A stretch of DNA of 32,000 bases from Clostridia bacterium DTU025 (GTDB lineage Bacteria > Bacillota > DTU025). The position numbers were made by a program, and so were the translations under genes. The stretch covers positions 1-32,000 of the forward strand of contig LFSP01000007.1 in the NCBI GenBank assembly GCA_001513145.1, given 5' to 3'. Shown piece after piece: positions 1 to 8,149 of this stretch. The notes below the pieces were generated by a model. The model worked only from the letters and a program-made list of their open reading frames with translations. It searched no databases and had not been told where the DNA came from. Position 1 is the stretch's first letter; every line of letters begins with the position of its first letter.

Positions 1-1038
1 GCGGTCAACGTTGGCCGCGATGATGGAGTCGTAGAAGGCCATCATGAGCTCTGCCTTCTGCTGGCTCAGCGCCAGTTCGATCCTGGCGTCCAGCGCAGCG
101 ATGGCGGCATCCCTGGCTGCCTTCTCCTCGGCGGCGTGCACCGCCAGCAGGCTCTTGATGGCGTTCTCGTAGTCGGCCTTCGAGGGCACGTCCTCTACCG
201 CGAGGGCAAGCTCCTCGAGCTTGGCCGCCAGCTCAACGCTGATGGCTTTATTCTTCGTCTCTGCTGCTTCAGCCTGTTCGAAGAGAGCTCTCCTCAGAGC
301 CTCGAGGCGGGCCTCAAGGTTGTCCTGACCCTCTGCAAGCTCCGCGATCTTGCCCTCTACGTTGGCTACTGCGGCCTGCCAGGCGGCGTTGCTCTCTGCA
401 ACCGCCTCAGCGACCAGCTGCTCGCAGCCAGGCAGCAGCTCACACGCCTCCTGCACCTCCTTTGCCACTGGAGTGGTGGCTGGAGTGACGGCTTCAGGGG
501 CCTCGACCTTGGCGCGGAGCGCCTCGATGGCGGCCCACAGCTGGGCGTGCTCTGCCTTGTTGTCCTCGGTCAGGTCGTCAACCCGTGCAAGCAGCGCCGA
601 CAGCCTTTCGTCGAACTGCTCCCACTGGTCCTGCGACATGACTGCGATCTTCTCCGCGATCACCTGCTCCAGGATGGTGGCGTCGGGAGAGGCCACGGGC
701 TGTAGTATCACGCCATCCTTCTGGTCAGGCAGCAGCGGCGCGCCGCCAATCTTGGCGTCGAGCTCGCCGATGCTCTCGGCAAGGCTCCGAATGTCCTTGT
801 CCAGGTACTCCAGGGCCCTTGCGATCATCAGCGCCACTTCGTACCTGGTGGCAGGCTGCCCGCCCTTGAAGGTTCCATCCGGATAGCCTTCCACTACGCC
901 CAGAGCCGCGAGGAGATTCACGGCGTCCACCGCCCAGTGGTAGTCCGGTACGTCGGCGAACGGCGTAGTTGCCATAACTGGTAGCGCCGTCATGACCACC
1001 ATGAGAGCGCTCACGAGTATGGCGAGGAGTTTCTTCAT
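1..1038 (-). CDS. SLH-domain + long coiled-coil envelope protein (OmpM/Slp-like OM-to-wall tether), N-terminal part; 3' end outside window
   Basis: Absent from the ORF track because it is open at the window edge. My own translation from ATG 1038 (upstream AAGGGGGG) gives MKKLLAILVSALMVVMTALPVMATTPFADVPDYHWAVDAVNLLAALGVVEGYPDGTFKGGQPATRYEVALMIARAL..., with no stop through base 1 (346 codons). It reads as signal peptide, then a canonical SLH motif, then ~270 aa of Ala/Glu/Leu-rich heptad-like sequence. Confidence 0.8.
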   Translation of the reverse strand, partial: MKKLLAILVSALMVVMTALPVMATTPFADVPDYHWAVDAVNLLAALGVVEGYPDGTFKGGQPATRYEVALMIARALEYLDKDIRSLAESIGELDAKIGGAPLLPDQKDGVILQPVASPDATILEQVIAEKIAVMSQDQWEQFDERLSALLARVDDLTEDNKAEHAQLWAAIEALRAKVEAPEAVTPATTPVAKEVQEACELLPGCEQLVAEAVAESNAAWQAAVANVEGKIAELAEGQDNLEARLEALRRALFEQAEAAETKNKAISVELAAKLEELALAVEDVPSKADYENAIKSLLAVHAAEEKAARDAAIAALDARIELALSQQKAELMMAFYDSIIAANVDR

Positions 1039-1303
1039 GAACTGTCCCCCCTTATTCGTACTCAACGCTAAAGGCCCACTAGAGCGGAGTGCGTGAATCG
1101 AGTGTTCTAGTTTCCTCGATGGACGCTTCTCCGCCTCCGCGGGTCGTTGCGCTCAACCGTGGCAGCTTATCGGCCGCCTCGCTCCAAACGGCCTCAAGCT
1201 GCGGGTTATGCCCCCGAAAGGGCACGTGGATAATCGAGTTACATCTACATATTCTTCAATGTAGAGGCAACTCCTTCAGAGGCTCCAAAAATCCCACCGG
1301 GAC

Positions 1304-1323
1304 AAAAAAGCCTGCAAGGCGCC
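1304..1323 (-). terminator. weak candidate intrinsic terminator after the DUF3084-like gene
   Basis: Minus strand reads GCCT-tgc-AGGC followed by TTTTTT, directly after the stop at 1324. The stem is only ~4 bp. Confidence 0.3.
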
Positions 1324-2664
1324 TCATTCAACGATCAGCCGAATCGATGGTGAAGCGCTCGCCCGCCATATGTCGGCGCCTGCCACCGCCTTCACCGTCC
1401 GCACTGACCTGGAGTTGATCACTTCGATTATGGCATTGGCAAACTCGGAAACGCTCAGTAAAGTGCCTATCTTACCTTCCTCGTCTGAGGGCATGCCCTC
1501 CGCTATGAGGATGCTGTTTACCTCCTGCACCAGGCTGAGGATGCCGGCCTGCACCATGTCTGCGCCGCCGGCCCCGTCTACCCTGGCGGACGCGATCACC
1601 TCCCCCTCCCTACGTATGAGCTCATCGGGATAAACATGCAGCGACACCGTGAGAGGTTCCCCGCTCCACGTGTTCACCGGGGAGATCGCCCGCAGCACCA
1701 CCTTTCCCGATGCCTCGTCAATCTTCTGGAACGCGGCCAGCACGTTGGCTTCCTCAAAGCTCAGCACGAACGGGTCATTATCGTCCCTGCTGGAGCGCGC
1801 ACCACGCCTCCTGGCAACGTCGTTGACCCTGAGGAGAAAGTCGTTCACCTGCTCCTGAACCACCTGAGCCGGCTGCGAGCAGTCGATAACCGAACCCAGC
1901 ACCACCTCATCGGCGCGGAATATCACGGTGCCCCACATGGAAAGCTGGCCGGCCTCCCACAACAGCTCCGCACTGCGCTGGGTGGTCTCCGCCAGGGCCC
2001 TCTCGAGGGCGGCAACCTCGCTGGCCAACATGTCACGGGTCTCGGTTAGCGTCCTCAGCTGCTCCGTCTGCACCTTCCGCTCTTCCTCCAGCGAGGCGAT
2101 CTCCCTCTGCGCTCGCTGAACATCCGCCCTGGCCTGCTCCAGCTGTGCCGACACCATCTTGAGGCCCGCCTCGGTCTCCTCCAGCCTTGCGGATGCGATC
2201 AACAGCTGGCTTTCGGAATCTTCAAGCTTCGACTGCAGCATGGCCAGCTCCTCCAGGGCGGCCTCTCTCTCCTCCGTCACGCGAGCCAGCTCCGCGACGG
2301 CCAGGTCGAACTCCGCCTGCAGGGCGGCCCTCTCCTTGCCCATCAGCTCCACCTGCGTCGACAGGTCCTCCACCTCGGCGCGCTTGGAGTCCAGGTCACT
2401 CCTGGCTGCAGCCAGCGACTCCTGGATCTCGTCGATCTCGAAGAGGGCGATCCTCACGTAGTCAGAAGCCAGCGACAGGAGAACGATGGAGCAGCCTGCG
2501 ATCATCACTCCCGTGAGGATGGTGATAATCATAGACGTGTACTTGGGGCGCAGGCCAAATATGGACAGGCGGCGGCGCCCAACCTTCATCCCTATCCTGT
2601 CGCCGATGTAGGCGATCACCCCGCCGGCGATCGCCAGGCCGACTATCAGAGCGAATCCGTACAA
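1324..2664 (-). CDS. DUF3084-like membrane protein with long coiled coil
   Basis: 446-aa ORF. The N-terminus MYGFALIVGLAIAGGVIAYIGDRIGMKVGRRRLSIFGLRPKYTSMIITILTG matches my memory of the DUF3084 signature (two TM helices around GDxxGxKVGxxRLSxFxLRP). It is followed by ~200 aa of heptad-rich Ala/Glu/Leu/Arg sequence. Confidence 0.6.
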   Translation of the reverse strand: MYGFALIVGLAIAGGVIAYIGDRIGMKVGRRRLSIFGLRPKYTSMIITILTGVMIAGCSIVLLSLASDYVRIALFEIDEIQESLAAARSDLDSKRAEVEDLSTQVELMGKERAALQAEFDLAVAELARVTEEREAALEELAMLQSKLEDSESQLLIASARLEETEAGLKMVSAQLEQARADVQRAQREIASLEEERKVQTEQLRTLTETRDMLASEVAALERALAETTQRSAELLWEAGQLSMWGTVIFRADEVVLGSVIDCSQPAQVVQEQVNDFLLRVNDVARRRGARSSRDDNDPFVLSFEEANVLAAFQKIDEASGKVVLRAISPVNTWSGEPLTVSLHVYPDELIRREGEVIASARVDGAGGADMVQAGILSLVQEVNSILIAEGMPSDEEGKIGTLLSVSEFANAIIEVINSRSVRTVKAVAGADIWRASASPSIRLIVE

Positions 2665-2695
2665 ACGTTATCCCCCCACGCCGCCGCACATGCCT

Positions 2696-3424
2696 TCAGA
2701 GGCTGAATCTGTCGCCCAAGTACAGCTGCCTTGCGGTCACATCGTCGGCGATCTCCCGGGCGCTTCCTGACACTAGAATCCGACCTTCATACATTATGTG
2801 CGCACGGTCCACTATCGCAAGGGTGTCCCGCACGTTGTGGTCGGTGATGAGCACTCCCAGGCCTCTGCGCTTCATGTCGACTACGATCTCCTGCAGCTCG
2901 CCCACGGAGATGGGGTCAACTCCGGTGAAAGGCTCGTCCAGGAGCACGTATGATGGAGAGGCCGCCAGCACCCTGGCGATCTCGACGCGCCTCCGCTCAC
3001 CTCCCGACAGGGTGACACCTGCCTGTCGGGCAAGATGCTCCAGGTTCAGCTCGCGCATCAGCTTCTTGAGACGCTCCCTGCGCCTGGCCCCGTCAGGTTC
3101 GAACAGCTCCAGCACTGCCATGATGTTCTGCTCGACGTTGAGCTTCCTGAAGACTGAAGGCTCCTGCGCTAGATACCCCAGCCCCAGCCTCGACCGGCGC
3201 CACACAGGCAGAAACGTCACGTCCACGCCATCTATCCAGACCCTGCCCGAATCGGGCTGCTCCAGGCCGACCATCATGTAGAAGGTGGTGGTCTTGCCTG
3301 CGCCGTTGGGCCCCAGCAGCCCCACGACCTCTCCCCTTTCTAGGGAGATATCGACGCCGTTCACCACGGTCCGCTGCCGGAAGCTCTTAACCAAGGCCTG
3401 GCCCCTGATGCCCACGAACTGCAC
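2696..3424 (-). CDS. lptB: LPS export ABC transporter ATP-binding protein LptB
   Basis: Walker A GPNGAGKTTTFYMMVGL, then LGLGYLAQEPSVFRKLNVEQNI, signature LSGGERRRVEIARVLA and Walker B YVLLDEPF, 242 aa. GTG start at 3424 with GAGG upstream. Confidence 0.9.
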   Translation of the reverse strand: MQFVGIRGQALVKSFRQRTVVNGVDISLERGEVVGLLGPNGAGKTTTFYMMVGLEQPDSGRVWIDGVDVTFLPVWRRSRLGLGYLAQEPSVFRKLNVEQNIMAVLELFEPDGARRRERLKKLMRELNLEHLARQAGVTLSGGERRRVEIARVLAASPSYVLLDEPFTGVDPISVGELQEIVVDMKRRGLGVLITDHNVRDTLAIVDRAHIMYEGRILVSGSAREIADDVTARQLYLGDRFSL

Positions 3425-3437
3425 CGCCTCATCCCGT

Positions 3438-3459
3438 CACCAGGCCCCAGTGCCTGGTG
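3438..3459 (-). other. perfect 8-bp GC-rich hairpin 14 nt upstream of the lptB start
   Basis: CACCAGGC-cccagt-GCCTGGTG seen directly. No U-tract on either strand, so it is not a canonical terminator. It could be a processing or translational element. Confidence 0.4.
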
Positions 3460-3591
3460 GGACAGAAGAAACTAGGCATTAATGACGACGGCTGCCACGC
3501 AAAGGTTCCTCGTCGCGGGATTCCTTCGACAACCATGCAACTCATACCTGCCCATAGCTGGTATCTGCCTGATGGGTATTGCTGGCACTCC

Positions 3592-4842
3592 TCACTGTGC
3601 CCTCACGACGCTGCGCATGCTGTGGATCACTGCATCCACAGCTCCCGAAGGCCCCACGGCCTCGCGGAGTTCCCTGGCTATCCGCTCGGCCCGCGAGGCA
3701 TCTTCCATGACCTCAACGACGGGGATCACCACATCCTCAGGCCTGATGGCGCCTACAGCCTCGTGCGCCACCATCTTTCCGGCTCTGGAGTTGGGCCCCG
3801 ACACCAGTCGCGCGTCACCCTTGGATGAGTGCGGAAGGGAACTGCGGAACCTCTGTAATGCGCTCGACGAGAACGGGAGGCTAATGCGGGAGGAGGTCCT
3901 GGAGACCCCCAGGTAGCCTGGTACGTTGGACGGGGCGGCGACCACATATGGTATGCCGGCGTAGGCCAGCTCATGGCAGATCGGCCCTGGCACCGTCAGG
4001 ACCACATCACACTGGGCCAGCCCGCTGTGGTCGGGGCCGGCGTCGATGGACACCTTCAGACCTTCTGCGGTCACGGCTTGGAAGGGAACGACGGAGCGAT
4101 CGACGGTGGCGTGGGTGGCCTCAACCCGGGCCGGCCGCGCGGGAGGCTTCAGCAGATCGTCCAGGGCGAAAGTGCCTATGAAGGGGGAGATGCGCAGCAC
4201 GAAGCCTATGTCCGGCTGCACTCTGGCGAGGAGCTCCGCCACTCTCAGAAAGAATGGCGCCGCCGCCCTGGCCTGGCGGGCGCTCTCGCCTGGGAATAGC
4301 CCGACGGTGGTTGCGCCGCCGGCAGAGGCGCTCCTTCCCTCGGCGGACAAGCCATCCTGAACCGCCGCGTCGACTGCCAGGTTGCCAACGACCTTCACCG
4401 CGTCAGGCGCCGCACCTGCGGCGATGAGGGCGGCCTGCAGCCGCTCGTCTTCGGCGAGGTACAGCGCAGATCCCCTGGGCTCCACAGGGCACTCACGGGC
4501 CACATAGTGGATCAGGGGATATCTCAACCTGCGCGCGATCATCTGGGCGAAGCCGGCGGAACCTCCCAGGTTCACGACGACGCCCCTGCCGGACACGGTG
4601 AAACCCTTGGGCCTCACGCCGGCAAAGTACAGGCGCCATGACTCCGAAGGCGAGAAGGCTCTCCTGACGCCTTGGTACGCCGACACCACGCGGAGCTCCC
4701 TTCCGGAGACCCCTGCGCCCGGCGACGGGAAAACCCAGATATCCGCCGCGGAGAGTGCCAGAGAAGCCCTGTACGCCACTGGCCGCACAAGGCTGTTCAA
4801 CTCCGCGGGGCCGTTCGATACCAGGACTATGTCCACGTACAA
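3592..4842 (-). CDS. lipid-A-disaccharide synthase-like glycosyltransferase (GT19, LpxB family or LpxB-related)
   Basis: 416 aa. Manual alignment to remembered E. coli LpxB gives four matches. LVSNGPAE ~ [28 protein letters not shown] ~ [31 protein letters not shown]...[15 protein letters not shown] ~ ALLPGSRGAE...[39 protein letters not shown] ~ [24 protein letters not shown]. Confidence 0.55.
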   Translation of the reverse strand: [416 protein letters not shown]

Positions 4843-4888
4843 CCACCTCGTCCGAAAGAGCTGCGGTTGCCCTCGGACGCACTACCTT

Positions 4889-5653
4889 CTACAAGCCCGC
4901 TGTTTTCTCCTTCACAGGCACCGACGCGTACGCCAGCGCCCTGGCGTATCGGATGCCTATGCCTGAAGTGGGCGCGGCCAGCACCTGGTCAGGCGGCCCC
5001 TGCTCCACGACGCGGCCTGCGTCCATCAGCACCACGTGGTGGGCTGCCCTCAGCGCGAACCCCGCCTCGTGCGTGACCACCACCATGGTGGCCTCGAGAG
5101 TTCGCGACAGCTTCTCCATGAGGCTCAGTATGTCCACCACCAGCGTGGGATCGAGGGACGCAGTGGGCTCGTCCCACAGGATCAGCGAGGGCTTTTCGGC
5201 GATGGCCCTGGCAATGGCCACGCGCTGCATCTCGCCGCCGGACAGGTGTCGCACGCTCTGGTCCGCCCGAGGGCTCAGACCGACTTCGTCAAGGGCATGC
5301 AGGGCAAGCTCATGAGCGTCAGCGACTGGGCGGCCGGCAGCCACCATGGGCAGCATCACGTTCTGCACCACGCTCAGGTGCGAGATGAGGTTTGCCCTCT
5401 GAAAGACGAAGCCCACGCCCTGCCTGAACTGCTCGAGCTCCGCCTCGGTCATTCGCGTCACATCCCGACCCATCCACGTGATGGTTCCGGAATCCGGCTC
5501 CACCAGCCGGATGATGCTGCGCAGAGCCGTGGACTTGCCGCACCCCGATGGGCCCATCAGGGCCACCACGGAGCCTGTCTCGACGTCCAGGTCCAGGCGG
5601 TCCAGAGCGGTCCTATCCCCGAACGTCACGGTGAGGCCCTGTATCCTGAGCAA
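4889..5653 (-). CDS. ABC transporter ATP-binding protein (FtsE/LolD/MacB-like or polar-amino-acid-like subfamily)
   Basis: Walker A GPSGCGKST, GVGFVFQRANLISHLSVVQNV, LSGGEMQRVAIARAIA, LILWDEPTASLD and H-loop VVVTHE. I place the start at TTG 5653, preceded by GGAAGGTGG at 9-nt spacing. The 61-codon upstream extension in the track overlaps the previous gene and has no ABC homology. Confidence 0.85.
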   Translation of the reverse strand: MLRIQGLTVTFGDRTALDRLDLDVETGSVVALMGPSGCGKSTALRSIIRLVEPDSGTITWMGRDVTRMTEAELEQFRQGVGFVFQRANLISHLSVVQNVMLPMVAAGRPVADAHELALHALDEVGLSPRADQSVRHLSGGEMQRVAIARAIAEKPSLILWDEPTASLDPTLVVDILSLMEKLSRTLEATMVVVTHEAGFALRAAHHVVLMDAGRVVEQGPPDQVLAAPTSGIGIRYARALAYASVPVKEKTAGL

Positions 5654-8061
5654 AGCGTGATCCCACCTTCCGATGCTGATCTCATCTTCCTGCCCGCACC
5701 CTGGCGGTGCAGAGCGCCGGCTTGGCGCGACTTGCGGGCGAACGCTGTCCTTCCCCTGTTGAAAAGGCTGAGCAACCCGGGCCTGGTGGCGGGCACCACT
5801 ACCTCCCGCATGACGCAGGCTGGACCGATACCCCACGCCACCCCAGCTTCAACCTCGTCACGGTTGCATGGCGACAGCCTGTCAGCAGCTCCTCCGGCCA
5901 ACGCTCCCAGCGCCGCGCCCACCGGCAGGAACCACGCCAATCCGAGGCCGCCAAGCCTCGCCCCTGATATGGCCGCGGTGGCCATGAGGGTAACGGAGCC
6001 TGCTGCAGCGCCGTACGCTGCAGCCTCCACGCGGGCCACGCGGCCCCTGCGGCTCCCGAGCCCGTGCCCACCGGGCCTCACCATGGCCAGCGTGCCTGAG
6101 GCCACCGTGGCGTGGTCCACCACCAGCGATGCGGCGGTTATCACCATGCATACGATGCCGGCGATGGTGGCGCGCACGGTGGCGAGGAGCGATTGCACCT
6201 CGGCGCCTACCCCGCGGGTGACCATTCCCGCGGGCCCAACGAACACTCCGTAGTCGTCTCCAAGCTCTCTCTTCACGGCCCGGGCCAACTCTTCCGAAGC
6301 GGCACCTGCCTCCACGATGAACCTCGCCTGATCCTTCCCACCGCTGTCACTGTAAAGCTTGTCGATGGCGCTCACCACAGCCAGAGCCTGGCTTCCGCTG
6401 AGCGTCGGCACGCTGGAGCGAAGCTGCTCCAGGGCATCGCGCAGTGCCTCCGAGTCGAGGTCGGCCAGGGTCTTCAGCTGCTGCCCGGCCTGGGCCACCA
6501 GGTCGCCCATGGCATCCAGATCCATGCTCTGCAACGCCTCAACCATGGAGGCCGCCGCATCTGACGCATCACCGATGAGGCCTGCCCCGCCTGCCATCCG
6601 TCCCGCAGCGCTCTCCATTGCTGATAGTCTCTCCCTGAAGCCTGCCAGCGTCCCGCGCCACTGGGCCAAGTCCTCTATGAGCCTGTCGTAGCTGCGCGTC
6701 AGCAGCGAGACGCCGGATGCCACCTCAGACAGCCTGTCGATGGCGCCGATACACTGGTCGGTGAGCTTGAGCAGCAGTCTCACCCCGTCGAGGCTCAACG
6801 GCATCCTGCCCCCTGCCCTGGCACTCTCCAGGGCAGCGCGCAGCCCTGCCACGGCCTGTTCGGCTCCTTCGAACGACTGCAGCACCTGCTCGATCTCCTG
6901 TGCCTGCTGCACTGCGGCGCGGGCAGTCTCCGCCACTCCCGCCGTGGAGCGCTGGATCCCTGCCGCTGCCCTTTCCAGTGCCGCGGCCGCGGACATCACG
7001 TCTGCGCTTCCCACAGGCCTGCCTTGGGCATCGTAGGCCACGATTGGCTGCGACCTGCCGTCTGCCGCATCCTGTCCTGCCGAGCCCTCAACGCTTTCAC
7101 CTGCGGCATGGCCCCCCAACGCCTCGAACACCACGGCCGGCTCGGAGATGACGACGGCGGTGGCGGAGACACCGTCCGCGTCCACCACCTGGGCGTCCGC
7201 CCTGCGGACACCGAGGCGAAGAACCAGCCTGTCGCCTCTGGTCACCTTGGCCCCTGCATCCAACCTCACGCGTACGCTGGGAGCCCACGACAGCGCAGCC
7301 TGCCTCAGCAGCGCCACGGCCTCCGGCAGCTCATCCGAACCGGAGCCGTTGCGCGCGCCGGCGGTCCACACCCTCACGTCAGAAGCCTGCGCGCCGCCTG
7401 TTGTCCTGCCCGCGCCGGCCTCCACCAGCTGCCGGACATGCCCTTCATCTATCTGGCGTCCGTCGGCGGCGCTCACCTGCACCTCGTGAAGCGCCTGCAG
7501 CTTGCCTTCGATCTCGTCCGACACCGTCTGGACTTCGTCCGCAGAGCGCAGCACGAAATGCAGGTTCGACCCATCTCTCAGGACGAACCTGATGCTCTCG
7601 TCGCTCTCGCCTCGGCCGATGTTCTCCTGCAGTGCCTCCGCGGCTTCGCCTGACAGCCCCGTCACGGTGACCCTGGGCTCCGCCACGATGGTCCTTCCGA
7701 GGTAGCCCGGAACGTCCCTCACGGCGTCCAGCGCCCACCTGAACTTGGCCTCGTCGGCGCCCTCCAGATCAATCATGAAATTGGATCTACCCAGCAACGT
7801 GACGCCCTCGCTGACTCGGATGCCCGGCGTCGACTGGGCCAGGGCCATCAGCGCCCCCTTGGCCTCGAGCCGCATGTCGCTGCGCACGTGGACCACCAGC
7901 TCGTGCTGGTCCTCGTCCCCGAGAATGCCCCTGGCGGTGCCTGCGAAGAAGCCGTGGGTGGCCCATGCAGTCATGAAAGCCACAGCCGAACCCAGCACGA
8001 CTGTGGCGAGTATAAGAGCGATAACGTCTTTGATGTAGCCCTTACGAAGAAGAGCGTACAT
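5626..8061 (-). CDS. large membrane protein with FtsX/MacB-like topology (1 N-terminal TM, ~600-aa extracytoplasmic domain, ~3 C-terminal TMs); putative permease partner of the adjacent ATPase
   Basis: TM1 is DVIALILATVVLGSAVAFMTAW. Next comes a beta-alpha-beta stretch (ELVVHVRSDMRLEAKGALMALAQSTPGIRV) resembling FtsX ectodomain starts, then a long Ala-rich helical region. The C-terminus has hydrophobic helices (TIAGIVCMVITAASLVV, AAAYGAAAGSVTLMATAAISGA, LGLAWFLPVGAALGALAGGAA) and a VVPATRP tail reminiscent of the FtsX-family PAxRA ending. ATG 8061 follows GGGGGTG. The gene overlaps the ATPase start by 28 nt. Confidence 0.55.
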   Translation of the reverse strand: MYALLRKGYIKDVIALILATVVLGSAVAFMTAWATHGFFAGTARGILGDEDQHELVVHVRSDMRLEAKGALMALAQSTPGIRVSEGVTLLGRSNFMIDLEGADEAKFRWALDAVRDVPGYLGRTIVAEPRVTVTGLSGEAAEALQENIGRGESDESIRFVLRDGSNLHFVLRSADEVQTVSDEIEGKLQALHEVQVSAADGRQIDEGHVRQLVEAGAGRTTGGAQASDVRVWTAGARNGSGSDELPEAVALLRQAALSWAPSVRVRLDAGAKVTRGDRLVLRLGVRRADAQVVDADGVSATAVVISEPAVVFEALGGHAAGESVEGSAGQDAADGRSQPIVAYDAQGRPVGSADVMSAAAALERAAAGIQRSTAGVAETARAAVQQAQEIEQVLQSFEGAEQAVAGLRAALESARAGGRMPLSLDGVRLLLKLTDQCIGAIDRLSEVASGVSLLTRSYDRLIEDLAQWRGTLAGFRERLSAMESAAGRMAGGAGLIGDASDAAASMVEALQSMDLDAMGDLVAQAGQQLKTLADLDSEALRDALEQLRSSVPTLSGSQALAVVSAIDKLYSDSGGKDQARFIVEAGAASEELARAVKRELGDDYGVFVGPAGMVTRGVGAEVQSLLATVRATIAGIVCMVITAASLVVDHATVASGTLAMVRPGGHGLGSRRGRVARVEAAAYGAAAGSVTLMATAAISGARLGGLGLAWFLPVGAALGALAGGAADRLSPCNRDEVEAGVAWGIGPACVMREVVVPATRPGLLSLFNRGRTAFARKSRQAGALHRQGAGRKMRSASEGGITLCSGYRASP

Positions 8062-8086
8062 GCAGCTCACCCCCGCTTCACACAGA

Positions 8087-8092
8087 ATTATA
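8087..8092 (-). promoter_or_regulatory. candidate -10 box (perfect TATAAT) upstream of the permease/ATPase pair
   Basis: Minus strand reads gatgcTATAATtctgtg ~25 nt before ATG 8061, inside a local AT-rich island. No convincing -35 was found. Confidence 0.3.
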
Positions 8093-8149
8093 GCATCGGG
8101 GGTGGCTAGCAGAGGCCGATAATTGGAGCCTACTATGGGAATCGCTTAT

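Noticed and set aside
1225-1233. A DnaA-box-like 9-mer (minus strand TTATCCACG, 8/9 to TTATCCACA), next to a CTACAT-N8-ATGTAG inverted repeat in the AT-rich spacer upstream of the SLH gene.
   Set aside because: It is a single box with no cluster and no dnaA/dnaN context, so it is most likely chance or part of the SLH-gene promoter/operator region. I could not define a convincing -35/-10 pair there.
3438-3459. The GC-rich hairpin between the LpxB-like gene and lptB, considered as a terminator.
   Set aside because: No U-tract follows it on the minus strand, and lptB starts 14 nt later. It is kept only as an unexplained hairpin feature, not as a terminator.
5654-5836. A 61-codon N-terminal extension of the ABC ATPase ORF (the track start is 5836).
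   Set aside because: The extension overlaps the 3' end of the permease gene, is Arg/Pro/Gly-rich with no ABC homology, and a TTG with a GGAAGGTGG SD at 5653 gives a normal-length ATPase.
5036-6253. Long plus-strand ORFs antisense to the supported genes. Examples are 5036-6253 (405 aa), 17114-18862 (582 aa), 9144-10046, 13878-14708, 27247-28218, 29581-30387 and 30119-31105.
   Set aside because: They are typical high-GC shadow frames. The sequence is Arg/Pro/Ala/Gly/His-rich low complexity with no family motifs. Each lies opposite a minus-strand ORF with clear family signatures and a good RBS.
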